Position numbers and translations under genes: made by a program
NCBI GenBank assembly: GCA_035193785.1
Contig: CP136572.1
Coordinates: 4,628,578-4,692,577 of the forward strand
DNA length: 64,000 nt
Source of the DNA: Planktothrix sp. GU0601_MAG3
GTDB lineage: Bacteria; Cyanobacteriota; Cyanobacteriia; Cyanobacteriales; Microcoleaceae
Direction of reading: 5' to 3'
Shown here: positions 48,136-58,086 of the stretch, piece by piece
Numbering within the stretch: position 1 is the first letter of the stretch
How the letters are laid out: each line of letters opens with the position of its first letter
Notes under the pieces: model-generated
Database searches by the model: none
Seen by the model: only the letters and a program-made list of their open reading frames with translations
What the model was told of the DNA's origin: nothing

Positions 48136-48960
48136 ATGACCGACCGCCGGACTTTAATCAAACGCTTTGTTATTGGTGACTTTTCCCTAAAACGAATCAT
48201 CCGTTTTCTGATAATTTTGTATGTAGCGGTTGGAGTTTGGGCCTACTTCTATTCGGAACGTTTAATTTTTATCCCCCAACCTTCGAGTTATGAATGGAAT
48301 CCAGAATTACTGACTCTAAAAACCCCCGAGGATGTCAAAATTAAGGCGTTATATTTACCTAATCCCAAAGCTAAATATACTATTCTTTATAGTCATGGCA
48401 ATGCGGAGGATTTAGGAGATATTCGCGTTGTCTTAGAATTACTTCGTCAGATGGGATTTGCGGTTTTTTCCTATGATTATCCCGGCTATGGAATCAGCAC
48501 GGGTAAACCTTCAGAACAGGGGGCTTATCAAGCGGTTGATGCTGCCTATAATTATCTCACACAACAGTTAAAAATTTCCCCAAATCAGATTATTGTTTAT
48601 GGCCGTTCTCTGGGTGGGGGGCCATCGGTGGATTTAGCCTCCCGTCAACCCGTGGCGGGTTTGGTACTAGAAAGTACCTTTATTAGCACCTTTCGGGTTA
48701 AGATAGACTTTCCTTTATATCCTTTTGATAAGTTTACCAATCTGAGCAAAATTCCCTTAGTTAAAGCTCCGGTTTTAGTGATTCATGGCACTGTTGATCA
48801 AGTGATTCCGTTTAGTCATGGACAACGATTATTTTCCGCCGTAAATACTCCTAAATTGTCTTTTTGGGTGGAAGGGGCTGATCATAATGATGTCAGTGAA
48901 GTGGCGGGCGATCGCTATGAACAAATATTAAAAGAATTTATCCAAACTATTATAAATTAA
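48136..48960 (+). CDS. Alpha/beta hydrolase (ABHD17-like)
   Basis: LYSHGNAEDLG, YDYPGYG, GRSLGGG nucleophile, IHGTVD, GADHND. Confidence 0.9.
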   Translation: MTDRRTLIKRFVIGDFSLKRIIRFLIILYVAVGVWAYFYSERLIFIPQPSSYEWNPELLTLKTPEDVKIKALYLPNPKAKYTILYSHGNAEDLGDIRVVLELLRQMGFAVFSYDYPGYGISTGKPSEQGAYQAVDAAYNYLTQQLKISPNQIIVYGRSLGGGPSVDLASRQPVAGLVLESTFISTFRVKIDFPLYPFDKFTNLSKIPLVKAPVLVIHGTVDQVIPFSHGQRLFSAVNTPKLSFWVEGADHNDVSEVAGDRYEQILKEFIQTIIN

Positions 48961-49109
48961 ATCTTTATCTATTGTAGATTTGTTGGCCTGTTGCTGCATG
49001 AATTTATGTTACAACTACAGTGCTTTTTTAAAATTTAGCTACGATCTAAATTATATTTTTATTTAGTCAAAAAGTGTCAATTGTTAAAGACAAAGGGGAG
49101 GAGATGCTT

Positions 49110-49225
49110 AAATATAAGCAAAATCTATAGTATTTATCAGATATATCTGTCATATTGATATGCTTTTGGATATATTCATATACTAATGTCTATAGTATAT
49201 TAATATTCGACAGCAAAAAGTCTAT
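49110..49225. promoter_or_regulatory. Candidate CcmR/NdhR (LysR) operators upstream of ndhF3
   Basis: ATAT-N8-CTAT (49178-49193) and ACAG-N8-CTAT (49210-49225) are each one mismatch from the reported ATAG-N8-CTAT consensus. A T-N11-A dyad lies near 49115. The region is AT-rich, so chance matches are possible. Confidence 0.4.
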
Positions 49226-49335
49226 GTAACTTTTTGAACTCCCAGCGACTTCAAAAAGCCACAAAACCTTTGGGATGAGGTTTTCCCCCAAGGTATTTCT
49301 TCATATTTCTGCAAACTGATCAATAGGTCGCACCA

Positions 49336-51172
49336 ATGACTGATTTTTTCCTAAAAACTATTTGGTGGATACCCTGCTACCCATTAATTGGAGCTTTGTT
49401 ATCTACCCTCTGGTTTCCCTCGATTATTCGGCGCACTGGCCCCCGTCCGGCCGGATATCTCAATATTCTCACCACCCTATTCGCCTTTGTACATGGGTTA
49501 TTCGCCCTAACTGAAATTTGGGGTCAACCTGCCCAACAGTTAATCATTCCTTGGTTTAGCATCGTTAACCTCAACTTAGATATCCCCCTAGAAGTCTCTG
49601 TTGTCACCGTTGCTGCCACCTTGGTTATTACTGGGTTAAATATTTTAGCCCAAATTTACGCCGTCGGTTATATGGAAATGGACTGGGGCTGGTCGCGATT
49701 CTATTCTCTATTAGCCTTATTTGAAGCCGGGTTATGTGGGTTAGTCCTGTGTAATTCCCTATTCCACAGTTACATAATTCTGGAAGTTCTCACATTAGGA
49801 ACTTATTTGTTGGTGGGATTGTGGTTTAACCAACCCTTGGTTGTCACCGGAGCTAGGGATGCCTTTTTAACCAAACGGGTCGGAGACCTATTTCTATTAA
49901 TGGGAGTAGTTGCCCTATTTCCCCTCGCCGGAACTTGGAATTTTACGGAGTTAGCCCAATGGTCACAAACGGCCCAACTTGACCCGAAGGTTGCCACCCT
50001 ATTAGGGTTAGCATTACTGGCGGGGCCACTAGGAAAATGTGCCCAATTTCCCCTACATTTATGGTTAGATGAAGCCATGGAAGGCCCCCTTCCTAGTACG
50101 ATTTTACGCAATTCTGTTGTCGTTGCCTCTGGAGCTTGGGTGCTAGTCAAAATGCAGCCCGTTTTAGCTTTGTCTCCTTTAGTAATGTCAACGATGGTGT
50201 TTATTGGGTTAGCAACCTCCGTGGGAGCCAGTTGTATTGCTATTGCTCAAATTGATATAAAACGTGCCCTTTCCTATTCCGTTAGTGCCTATATGGGCAT
50301 CACCTTTATTGCCGTCGGAAACTGGACAAACCCAAGCGGCTCTTTCTATTTTATTTAGCTACGCCTTACCCATGGCATTATTAGTGATGACCACCGGGGG
50401 AATTATTAGTAATAATATCACCCAAGATTTAACCCAATATGGCGGTTTATGGTCACGGCGTCCGATATCGGGATTGTGTTTTTTAGTGGGAATTATCGCC
50501 TTAGTTGCCGTTCCTCCCTTTGGCGGTTTTTGGACAATATTAGAGTTAGCAGAAACCCTCTGGAACACTCAACCCGCTATTGCACTTTGCCTATTTTTAG
50601 TCAATGGTTTAACCGTCTTTAGTTTAACCCGTGAATTTGGGTTGATTTTTACCGGAAAACCCAAACAAATGACCACCCGTTCCCCGGAAGTTTTATGGGC
50701 AATGGTATTACCTATGACCATTTTAGCCGGATTCTGTCTGCATATTCCCCTGTTATTAAAACAATGGAATTTATTACCCCAAGGGGAAACAATTAATCTA
50801 ACGGTTGCCGGTTTATTAATCACCTCGACGGTTTTAGGATGGGGACTCAGTGCGATGATTTATTGGAATAGCAATTGGCAAAAACCTGTCAAACTGCCCT
50901 CTCAAGCTGTACAAGACTTCTTTGCTTATGACTTTTACACCGCAAAACTGTATCGAGTCACGATTATTTTCATAGTCGGCTTCATCTCTAATATTATGTA
51001 TTGGATTGACCGCTATATCGTAGATGGATTTGTCAACCTAGTGGGAATAGCAACGATTTTTAGTGGGCAAAGTTTGAAATACAATGTTTCTGGCCAAACC
51101 CAATTTTATGCCTTGACGATCATTTTTGGAGTGACTTTACTTTTAGGATTTTTTACGCTTAATTTGTTTTAA
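49336..51172 (+). CDS. ndhF3: NDH-1 subunit F3 (high-affinity CO2 uptake); +1 frameshift at 50318-50322
   Basis: RRTGPRPAGY, GYMEMDWGW, GARDAFLTKRVGD, KCAQFPLHLWLDEAMEGP. Operon with cupA. Confidence 0.92.
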
Positions 51173-51252
51173 AATGGTTCCCGCTTTTCCTCTATAATCC
51201 ATCCAAGGGATTAATTTTCTGAATGTTCCAATCCACTTAATGTAAAAAAATC

Positions 51253-51958
51253 ATGGACAAAACTCAACAAAACTTAAACATCTCCCGTCGGAATTTATTA
51301 AAGTTTGGTGCAGGAGTAGCGGGAAACTGCGGCTTTAACTACGGGATTAGGAACAAAAGTAAGTTTGTTTAAACCTCAACCCGCCGTTGCCCAGAACGAT
51401 ATTACCTCCGAAGAAGCATTAAAACAACTGTTAGAAGGAAACCAACGATTTATCGAAAATAAACGAAAAAGCCCCAATCAAACCATAACCAGAGTTAAAG
51501 AAGTTGCCCAAGGACAAGCCCCCTTTGCAGCCATCCTCAGTTGTGCAGATTCCCGGGTGCCTGCGGAAATTATTTTTGACCGAGGTTTTGGGGATTTATT
51601 CGTAGTTAGAAATGCCGGAAATGTTGCTACTCCTGAAGAAATTGGTAGTCTTGAATTTGGAACATTAGTATTAGGAGCCAAAGTCCTAATGGTGATGGGT
51701 CATCAAAGTTGTGGGGCGGTCAAAGCCACCATTGCGGGTAATGCAGTTCCGGGTCAAATTGCCAGCATTTTAGATGCCATTAAACCGGCGATAAAACCCA
51801 ATCAAACCTTAGAAGAATCGACCATTGCTAATGTTAAATTGGGAATTAGTCGTTTACAGGCTTCTCCAGTTATTTCCCAATTAATTAAAGACGGGAAATT
51901 AAAAATAGCAGGAGGCTACTATAATTTAGAAACTGGCATGGTAAAAGTTGTGGCTTAA
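51253..51958 (+). CDS. Beta-carbonic anhydrase with Tat signal peptide (EcaB-like), copy 1; +1 frameshift at 51323-51327
   Basis: SRRNLLK twin-arginine motif, AVA-Q cleavage site, CADSR and HQSCG zinc-ligand motifs. Confidence 0.9.
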
Positions 51959-52062
51959 ACCTACCTTCAGCAAGTTTATAATCACGCTTAATTTTGCGGC
52001 TAATTTGAGATAAACTTGCTTAAGATAGTTTTAACTCCATGGCTTTGACCAGGTAAAACAAC

Positions 52063-52785
52063 ATGAACCAAGATTACAAGACACCCAATTATACCCGCAG
52101 ACATTTATTACAATATGGTGTTTGCATTGCCGGAACAGCCCTGTTTACGGCGGGAATAACAACGAAATTTTTAGACAAAGAAAAACAGAAAACTCTCGGA
52201 GAAACTGCTAGTTGTGAACCCAAAGAAATAACCAGGGAAGCAGCTTTGGAAAGATTAATGTTAGGAAACAAACGGTTTATGGAACATAAACAGAAACATC
52301 CTAACCAAAATCGAGAACGCATCGCAGAAGTTAGCGAAGGTCAAAAACCCTTTGCGGCTATCTTGGGGTGTGCTGATTCCAGAGTAGCACCAGAAATTAT
52401 TTTTGATCAAGGTTTGGGCGATATTTTTGTGGTTCGTAATGCGGGGAATGTTGTTACCTCTGAAGAAGTAGGCAGTCTGGAATTTGGTGCTTTAGAATTA
52501 GGAGTTAAAACTATCATAATTCTGGGTCATCAAAAATGTGGAGCGGTTAAAGCCACCATGCAAGGAAATGCTGTACCTGGTAAAATTGGTAGTATCATCA
52601 GTGCAATTAAACCAGCAATTAAAGGCGACCAAACTTGGGATGAAGCGGTTATTGCTAATGTGAAACTCGAAATAAAACGCTTAAAATCTTCTCCGATTAT
52701 TGCTAAATTAATTACCGATGAAAAATTAAATGTCGTCGGCGGTTTGTATAAATTAGAGACCGGAGAAGTCAAGATAATTACCTAA
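52063..52785 (+). CDS. Beta-carbonic anhydrase with Tat-like signal (EcaB-like), copy 2
   Basis: TRRHLLQ followed by a hydrophobic stretch, CADSR, HQKCG. Colinear with copy 1. Confidence 0.9.
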   Translation: MNQDYKTPNYTRRHLLQYGVCIAGTALFTAGITTKFLDKEKQKTLGETASCEPKEITREAALERLMLGNKRFMEHKQKHPNQNRERIAEVSEGQKPFAAILGCADSRVAPEIIFDQGLGDIFVVRNAGNVVTSEEVGSLEFGALELGVKTIIILGHQKCGAVKATMQGNAVPGKIGSIISAIKPAIKGDQTWDEAVIANVKLEIKRLKSSPIIAKLITDEKLNVVGGLYKLETGEVKIIT

Positions 52786-52792
52786 AATTTTT

Positions 52793-52854
52793 GTGAGAAT
52801 AGAAATTTTATCCCAAAAATTACCGAAGGCGTAATAAATAATTTCTATTTTCAC
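52793..52854 (+). other. Intergenic stem-loop after the second carbonic anhydrase gene
   Basis: GTGAGAATAGAAATT (52793-52807) pairs at 14/15 positions with AATTTCTATTTTCAC (52840-52854). Inner ATTAC/GTAAT stem. Confidence 0.55.
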
Positions 52855-52986
52855 TATCCAAATTTTAAATATTAGAATTTTACCTTTTTTTGAGCCGGGT
52901 AAGTTATGATTAATAAAGTTTGGAAACTAAATTTTTGGTTAACTTAAATATTCCTGAGATTCCCCTGATTTTAAAACCCTAAACTT

Positions 52987-54475
52987 ATGTTGAGTGCTTT
53001 AATTATTATTCCAGTTTTGGCAGTTCTATTAATTGGACTTTTGCCCAAACAACTCTCGGCTTCTCAAGTTCGTTCCATTGCTTTAGCGATTACAGGTGTG
53101 ATTTTAATTTGGACAATAAAACTCGCCTTTGATTTTGATTTAACCAATCCTAATTTCCAACTACAAGAATATTTAGCTTGGATTCCCCAATTGGGACTAT
53201 CCTATAGTTTAGGAATAGATGGTTTATCCTTTCCCTTAATTGCCTTAAGCGGGGTTTTAACCTTTATTGTCATTGCCAGCAGTCACGAAAATCTGGAGCG
53301 TCCTCGCCTCTATTACTCCATGATTTTATTAGTCAATGCGGCAATTGCTGGAGCATTTTTATCTCAAAACTTACTCCTATTTGTCCTATTCTATGAATTG
53401 GAATTAATCCCAATTTATCTTTTAATTAGCATCTGGGGTAGTGAGAAACGCGCCTATGCGGGCATGAAATTTCTGATTTATACCGCCCTTTCTGGAATTC
53501 TGATTTTAGCCGGATTTTTAGGCATGGCTTGGCTAAGTGATGCCGGAAGTTTTGATTATTCTGCCATTCAAACCCAGAACTTTGAATTAACAACTCAGTT
53601 AATTTTGCTCACCGTTTTACTATTAGGATTTGGGATCAAAATTCCCCTAGTTTCCCCTGCACACTTGGTTACCCGATGCCTATGTCGAATCTTCTCCCCC
53701 CGTGACAATTTTATTAGGAGGAATTTTAGCAAAATTAGGAGCCTATGGTTTAATTCGGTTTGGCTTACAACTGTTCCCTGAAGCCTGGCATATTGTTAGC
53801 CCCACCCTGGCAACAATTGGAGTAATTAGTGTGTTATACGGAGCCCTAACCGCTATTGCTCAACAGGATATTAAACGCATGGTAGCCTATAGTTCTATTG
53901 GTCACATGGGTTATATTTTAGTAGCGGCAGCGGCCGCCAATGAATTAAGCTTAATTGGGGCAATTGCCCAAATGGTAGCCCACGGTTTAATCTTAGCAAT
54001 TCTGTTTCAATTAGTGGGAATTGTAGAAGAAAAAGTCGGAACCAGGGACTTAAATATTCTCAATGGTTTAATGAATCCCATTCGCGGTTTACCCCTAACC
54101 AGTGCCCTATTAATTATGGCAGGAATGGCAAGTGCTGGAATCCCTGGGTTAGTGGGATTTGTCGCCGAGTTTCCCGTTTTTCAAGGGACATTTTCGATCT
54201 TCCCAATTCACAGTTTACTGTGTATTATTGCCTCCGGTTTAACGGCCGTTTATTTTGTGATTCTCCTGAACCGAACTTGTTTTGGTAAACTGGATAATAA
54301 ATTAGCTTATTATCCTAAAGTCACCTTCTCAGAACAAGCTCCCGCATTAATTTTAGCCGCGTTTATTTTCATTCTCGGGATACAACCTAATTGGTTATTT
54401 CGATGGATGGAACCCACCGCCCAAAGCATGGTTATTGCCTTAAATCAATCCGTTTCCTACCCAAATCGCCATTAA
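52987..54475 (+). CDS. ndhD3: NDH-1 subunit D3; +1 frameshift at 53650-53654
   Basis: LGIDGLS, FYELELIP, KIPLVPLHTWLPDAY (repaired), KRMVAYSSIGHMG, LNGLMNPIRGLP, LNRTCFG. Confidence 0.92.
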
Positions 54476-54486
54476 ACAATAAACCC

Positions 54487-54546
54487 GTAGGGGCGGGTTC
54501 AAATCAATCTTTCTGAACCCAGCATTAACCGACCTAAACCCGCCCC
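54487..54546. repeat. GTAG-led inverted repeat between ndhD3 and cupA
   Basis: GTAGGGGCGGGTT...AACCCGCCCC arms. Confidence 0.6.
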
Positions 54547-54588
54547 ATCTATCCCAATTTTTAAAAATAATTAAAACCAGGAAAAATT

Positions 54589-55881
54589 ATGACAACTGCA
54601 ACTGTCTCACAAACAAAATTACCCCCCTCAACCCATGAATTTTCCCAGATTATTCACCGCTTAGAAGCCGGGGGAGCAATGTTACCCGATACCCCAGAAA
54701 ACTTAATGCAAATTATCGGGATTTATAAAGCCTATGCAGTACCAATGGATTTCTATTGGCGGGATTTACTTTATATTGCAGAACAAGTTTTTTTAAATCC
54801 CTTACCCTTTTTAAAATACTTCATTCCTCAAGAATATTTAGACCTGCATAATCATTATGCTGGCGATGATGCCGATTTAAGAGTTTGGCGAGGAGAAGCA
54901 ACAGCACACCCGGAATTATTAGCCTTTATGGAAAAGGGTGAAACCACAAAAATGCCAAAATTATTTCATCATTTATGGCATGATCGAGTTAATATGGAAT
55001 TTGCCGAAGCCTGTATGCAAGCCATGTTTTGGCATCGAGATATGGGGGGACAATTTGATCCCTATTTAGACACCGATGAATATAAAACTAATGCCGATAA
55101 AGCCATTAAAGCCTATTTTAAGAAAAATCCGATGATGATGGGATTATATAATCTATTCCCCGATTTATTCTTAGAACAGGTAAAAATGATGTCCTATTAT
55201 AGTAATTTAGGACTATTCTGGGAAGTGATGGCCCCGGTATTTTTTGAAATGAGTGATCTCTATGATGAAGGCAAAATTACCAGTGTTCCTGAAGCGATGA
55301 ATTTTCTGGTTAATGGGATTTTTGCCATCGCTGGTCGCCCTATTTATCATCATGTTTATATTGATGGGAAATGCTATGAAATTATCCCCAAATCTAAAGG
55401 GTTTATGTGGTTATATGAAGCGGCATTACCCTACGTTGAAGCGGTGTTTTATCGCACGTCTCCCTTCCGAGGAACGAAATCCTATAATGCTCAAGCAAAC
55501 CAAGTTCCTAGTGATCAAAATGACTTCCATTATGGGATTCTTTATGCGGATATTTTCCCCGTTGGGACAGCCGGAATTCCCCCAACCTTATTAATGCAAG
55601 ATATGTTACATTTCTTGCCACCTTATTTAGTTGAATATTATCAAAAACATTGCCGCGGTGAGGATGATATGTTAATTCAGTTAGCCAATAGTTTTCAACG
55701 GTCAATGTATTGTGTCACGTCTGCGGTAATTCAAGCGTTACGCACGGCTTTACTGTATCCCTTAGATGATCAAAATCCCAAACATTTGATGGCAAATCGT
55801 CAATTTTTTGAAGCTCAATTAGATCGGTTTAAACGTCCCGAAGCACGATTAAGAGATATTCAAAGCTCTGATTATCGTTAA
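54589..55881 (+). CDS. cupA: CO2 hydration protein CupA (ChpY)
   Basis: 430 aa, IHRLEAGGAMLPDTPENL, YAVPMDFYWRDL, HHLWHDRVNMEFAE, PFRGTKSYNAQA, AGIPPTLLMQDM. Length and N-terminus fit CupA rather than CupB. Confidence 0.92.
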   Translation: MTTATVSQTKLPPSTHEFSQIIHRLEAGGAMLPDTPENLMQIIGIYKAYAVPMDFYWRDLLYIAEQVFLNPLPFLKYFIPQEYLDLHNHYAGDDADLRVWRGEATAHPELLAFMEKGETTKMPKLFHHLWHDRVNMEFAEACMQAMFWHRDMGGQFDPYLDTDEYKTNADKAIKAYFKKNPMMMGLYNLFPDLFLEQVKMMSYYSNLGLFWEVMAPVFFEMSDLYDEGKITSVPEAMNFLVNGIFAIAGRPIYHHVYIDGKCYEIIPKSKGFMWLYEAALPYVEAVFYRTSPFRGTKSYNAQANQVPSDQNDFHYGILYADIFPVGTAGIPPTLLMQDMLHFLPPYLVEYYQKHCRGEDDMLIQLANSFQRSMYCVTSAVIQALRTALLYPLDDQNPKHLMANRQFFEAQLDRFKRPEARLRDIQSSDYR

Positions 55882-55916
55882 ATTGGGTGTAGGGTGTAGG
55901 ATTAGTTGTTTAATGT

Positions 55917-56573
55917 TTATCCCATTAAATTTTCTACACCCTCGATTCCTAAAGTGGCTTGGTCGATAATTCTTCTGTATTGCAATCGCCATTGTAAGGC
56001 ATTAGAAATCGTTAAATAACCAAGTTTTGGGGGGTGATTTATAATTCTTTCTGCTAACATTTCTCGTCCAATTTCATCAACGGGTAAATTACGTTCTTCT
56101 AAAAAAGCAATAACATCATCTAAATTTCCTTGACGACGCAGAATTTCGCGTAGACCATAGGTTGTTTGATAATCTCCTGTTTGATCCTGATGCACAAAAA
56201 CAGCGTGTTGAAAAACTAACAGACTTGTTTTTAAATCATGTTGATCAATTTTTTCATAAGCGAAAACTAAGAGATGATATCCTAACCCATATATTTTTTG
56301 ACTCGCATCTCGAAAAGGACAAGAAGATTGAGGTTGACGAATGGATGTTACTTTTAGATCAACTTGTTGTTCTGGAAAATCAATACCACTAGCAGCACTT
56401 CCAGGAGTGTAAATATATCTGGCTTTCAGATATTGATTAAAAACTTGTTCAACATAAGTACCAACTGCTTTTCCATCTGTTATTCCATATAAATCAGGAA
56501 TATCTTTTGAACTTAATATCTCAGCAAATTTTCCTGCTTCAGTCTTGAGTAATGATATTGTTAATGGTTTCAT
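55917..56573 (-). CDS. Type II restriction endonuclease (NspV-like)
   Basis: GIDFP...VDLK PD-(D/E)xK-like core. TDGKAVGTY, QPQSSCPF and ISNALQWRLQY resemble R.NspV as I recall it. Lies directly downstream of a DNA methyltransferase. Confidence 0.72.
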   Translation of the reverse strand: MKPLTISLLKTEAGKFAEILSSKDIPDLYGITDGKAVGTYVEQVFNQYLKARYIYTPGSAASGIDFPEQQVDLKVTSIRQPQSSCPFRDASQKIYGLGYHLLVFAYEKIDQHDLKTSLLVFQHAVFVHQDQTGDYQTTYGLREILRRQGNLDDVIAFLEERNLPVDEIGREMLAERIINHPPKLGYLTISNALQWRLQYRRIIDQATLGIEGVENLMG

Positions 56574-56586
56574 AAAATATAAAATT

Positions 56587-57760
56587 TCAAGTAAATAAAG
56601 TTAACTGTTGATATTTTTTAGGTTGAATTGTTATATTTTTTTGTCCAATTCTTTTACAAATCCATTCAATACAAATAGGAACAACAGCATTGCCAAATAA
56701 AGCATATTGATCGTAAGTTTTAGCGACTCGACACCAATTGTCAGGAAACCCCATTAAACGGGCATATTCTATCGGCGTTAATCGTCTAAACTTATGATCA
56801 ATTTGATATCTTTCATAATGTCTGGAGGTCGATGCAGTCAGGGTAGAAGCAACTCCATTAACACCAAAAATAGTATACCCTAACCTTGCACCTCCCTCTT
56901 GGTTATATAAAATTTCTACGCCATTATAATAGCGGTTGACTGCTTTACTGTGTTTAATTCGTTCTAACGTATCTGTGGTAAAATCAAATTGAGGCTCAAC
57001 TTCTGATTCAGATTGAAGAATATCTTTTAATCGGGTAGGGGGATAGATATCAGGAAATGGGGGAAGGGATTGACTATACATTTTATTTTTATAAGCAATT
57101 CCCCAAGGATGGTTTTTAATCTTTAAATCTAAAATAGGAGATAAATATTTATCTATATTTTCTAAATCAAAATTTAAGTATTCTGTCTCACTTTGATTTA
57201 AAAAAATTAAATTATCTTCTAAATTTATCGGGTTTAAATCAGATTTACAACGAGTTCCAAAAATAAAAATACGCTCACGATTTTGAGAGATACCAAAATT
57301 AATCGGACTGATAATTCGCCATTCAATAAAATAATTAAGAGACGCTAAAGCATTTAAAATTACTTTAAAATGGTGTCCCTGTTCCATTGTTAAAATACGT
57401 TTGACATTCTCTAATAAAAAATACTCTGGTTTTTTCGTATCTATAATTTCTATAATTCGTTCAAATAGGGTGCCGCGAACTTGATCTCTAATTCCTAATT
57501 TTTTACCTGCGGAAACTAAAAGGTTGACAGGGAAATCCTGCGGTTAATAAATCATGGTCAGGAATATCCGATATATTGATAGTTTGAATATCCCCTAATA
57601 CAATTGAATTTTTACCAAAATTACTCTCATAAACTTGACAACATAATTGATTAATATCATTAGCCCAGATCGTTTGAATTTGGCTGTCTTCTAGCCCCAA
57701 ATGGAAACCACCAATTCCAGCAAACAATTCAACCGCCGTCCGTTTTTTAAATTGACTCAA
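56587..57760 (-). CDS. DNA (cytosine-5)-methyltransferase; +1 frameshift at 57512-57516
   Basis: Motif I ELFAGIGG, IV GFPCQPFS, VI LLENV, VIII QNRERIF, IX RRLTPIEYARLMGF, X GNAVV. Confidence 0.93.
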
Positions 57761-57834
57761 ATTTTGTTTTCCTTGATTAATTTAATAATTAATAGTGCAG
57801 AATCACAAACCCAACCCGTAGGGCGAGGTAATAG

Positions 57835-58038
57835 TTATTTAGATGCTTCTGGCTTTGCTAACAGTAAGATAATAGCCCGTAGTAATGTACTTTTGCTAAC
57901 AACATTTTCCCCTAATAAGGAAATCCAAGAATAGGGTTTTGGGCGATAATTAGGAACATTAGTAGCACTACGAGTAAAAGTAATTATCTCGTTTTGAAAG
58001 CCCTTAATGTTATTTAAAGTTACGCTTTCCACCCACAT
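57835..58038 (-). pseudogene. Truncated AAA/ABC-type ATPase N-terminus with a decayed P-loop
   Basis: MWVESVTLNNIKGF start, and LLGENVVSKSTLL where GENGxGKSTLL is expected. Stops after 67 aa. Confidence 0.65.
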
Positions 58039-58086
58039 TCTCGTCTCCTTAAAATTTTGAGTTTTTTTGAAAATAGCACTTTACGA

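Noticed and set aside
56587..57760. The local C5 methylase as the cause of the GAAC/GTTC errors
   Set aside because: A single type II methylase normally modifies a palindrome at nearly all sites, whereas GAAC is non-palindromic and only a small subset is affected. It is not formally excluded without methylome data.
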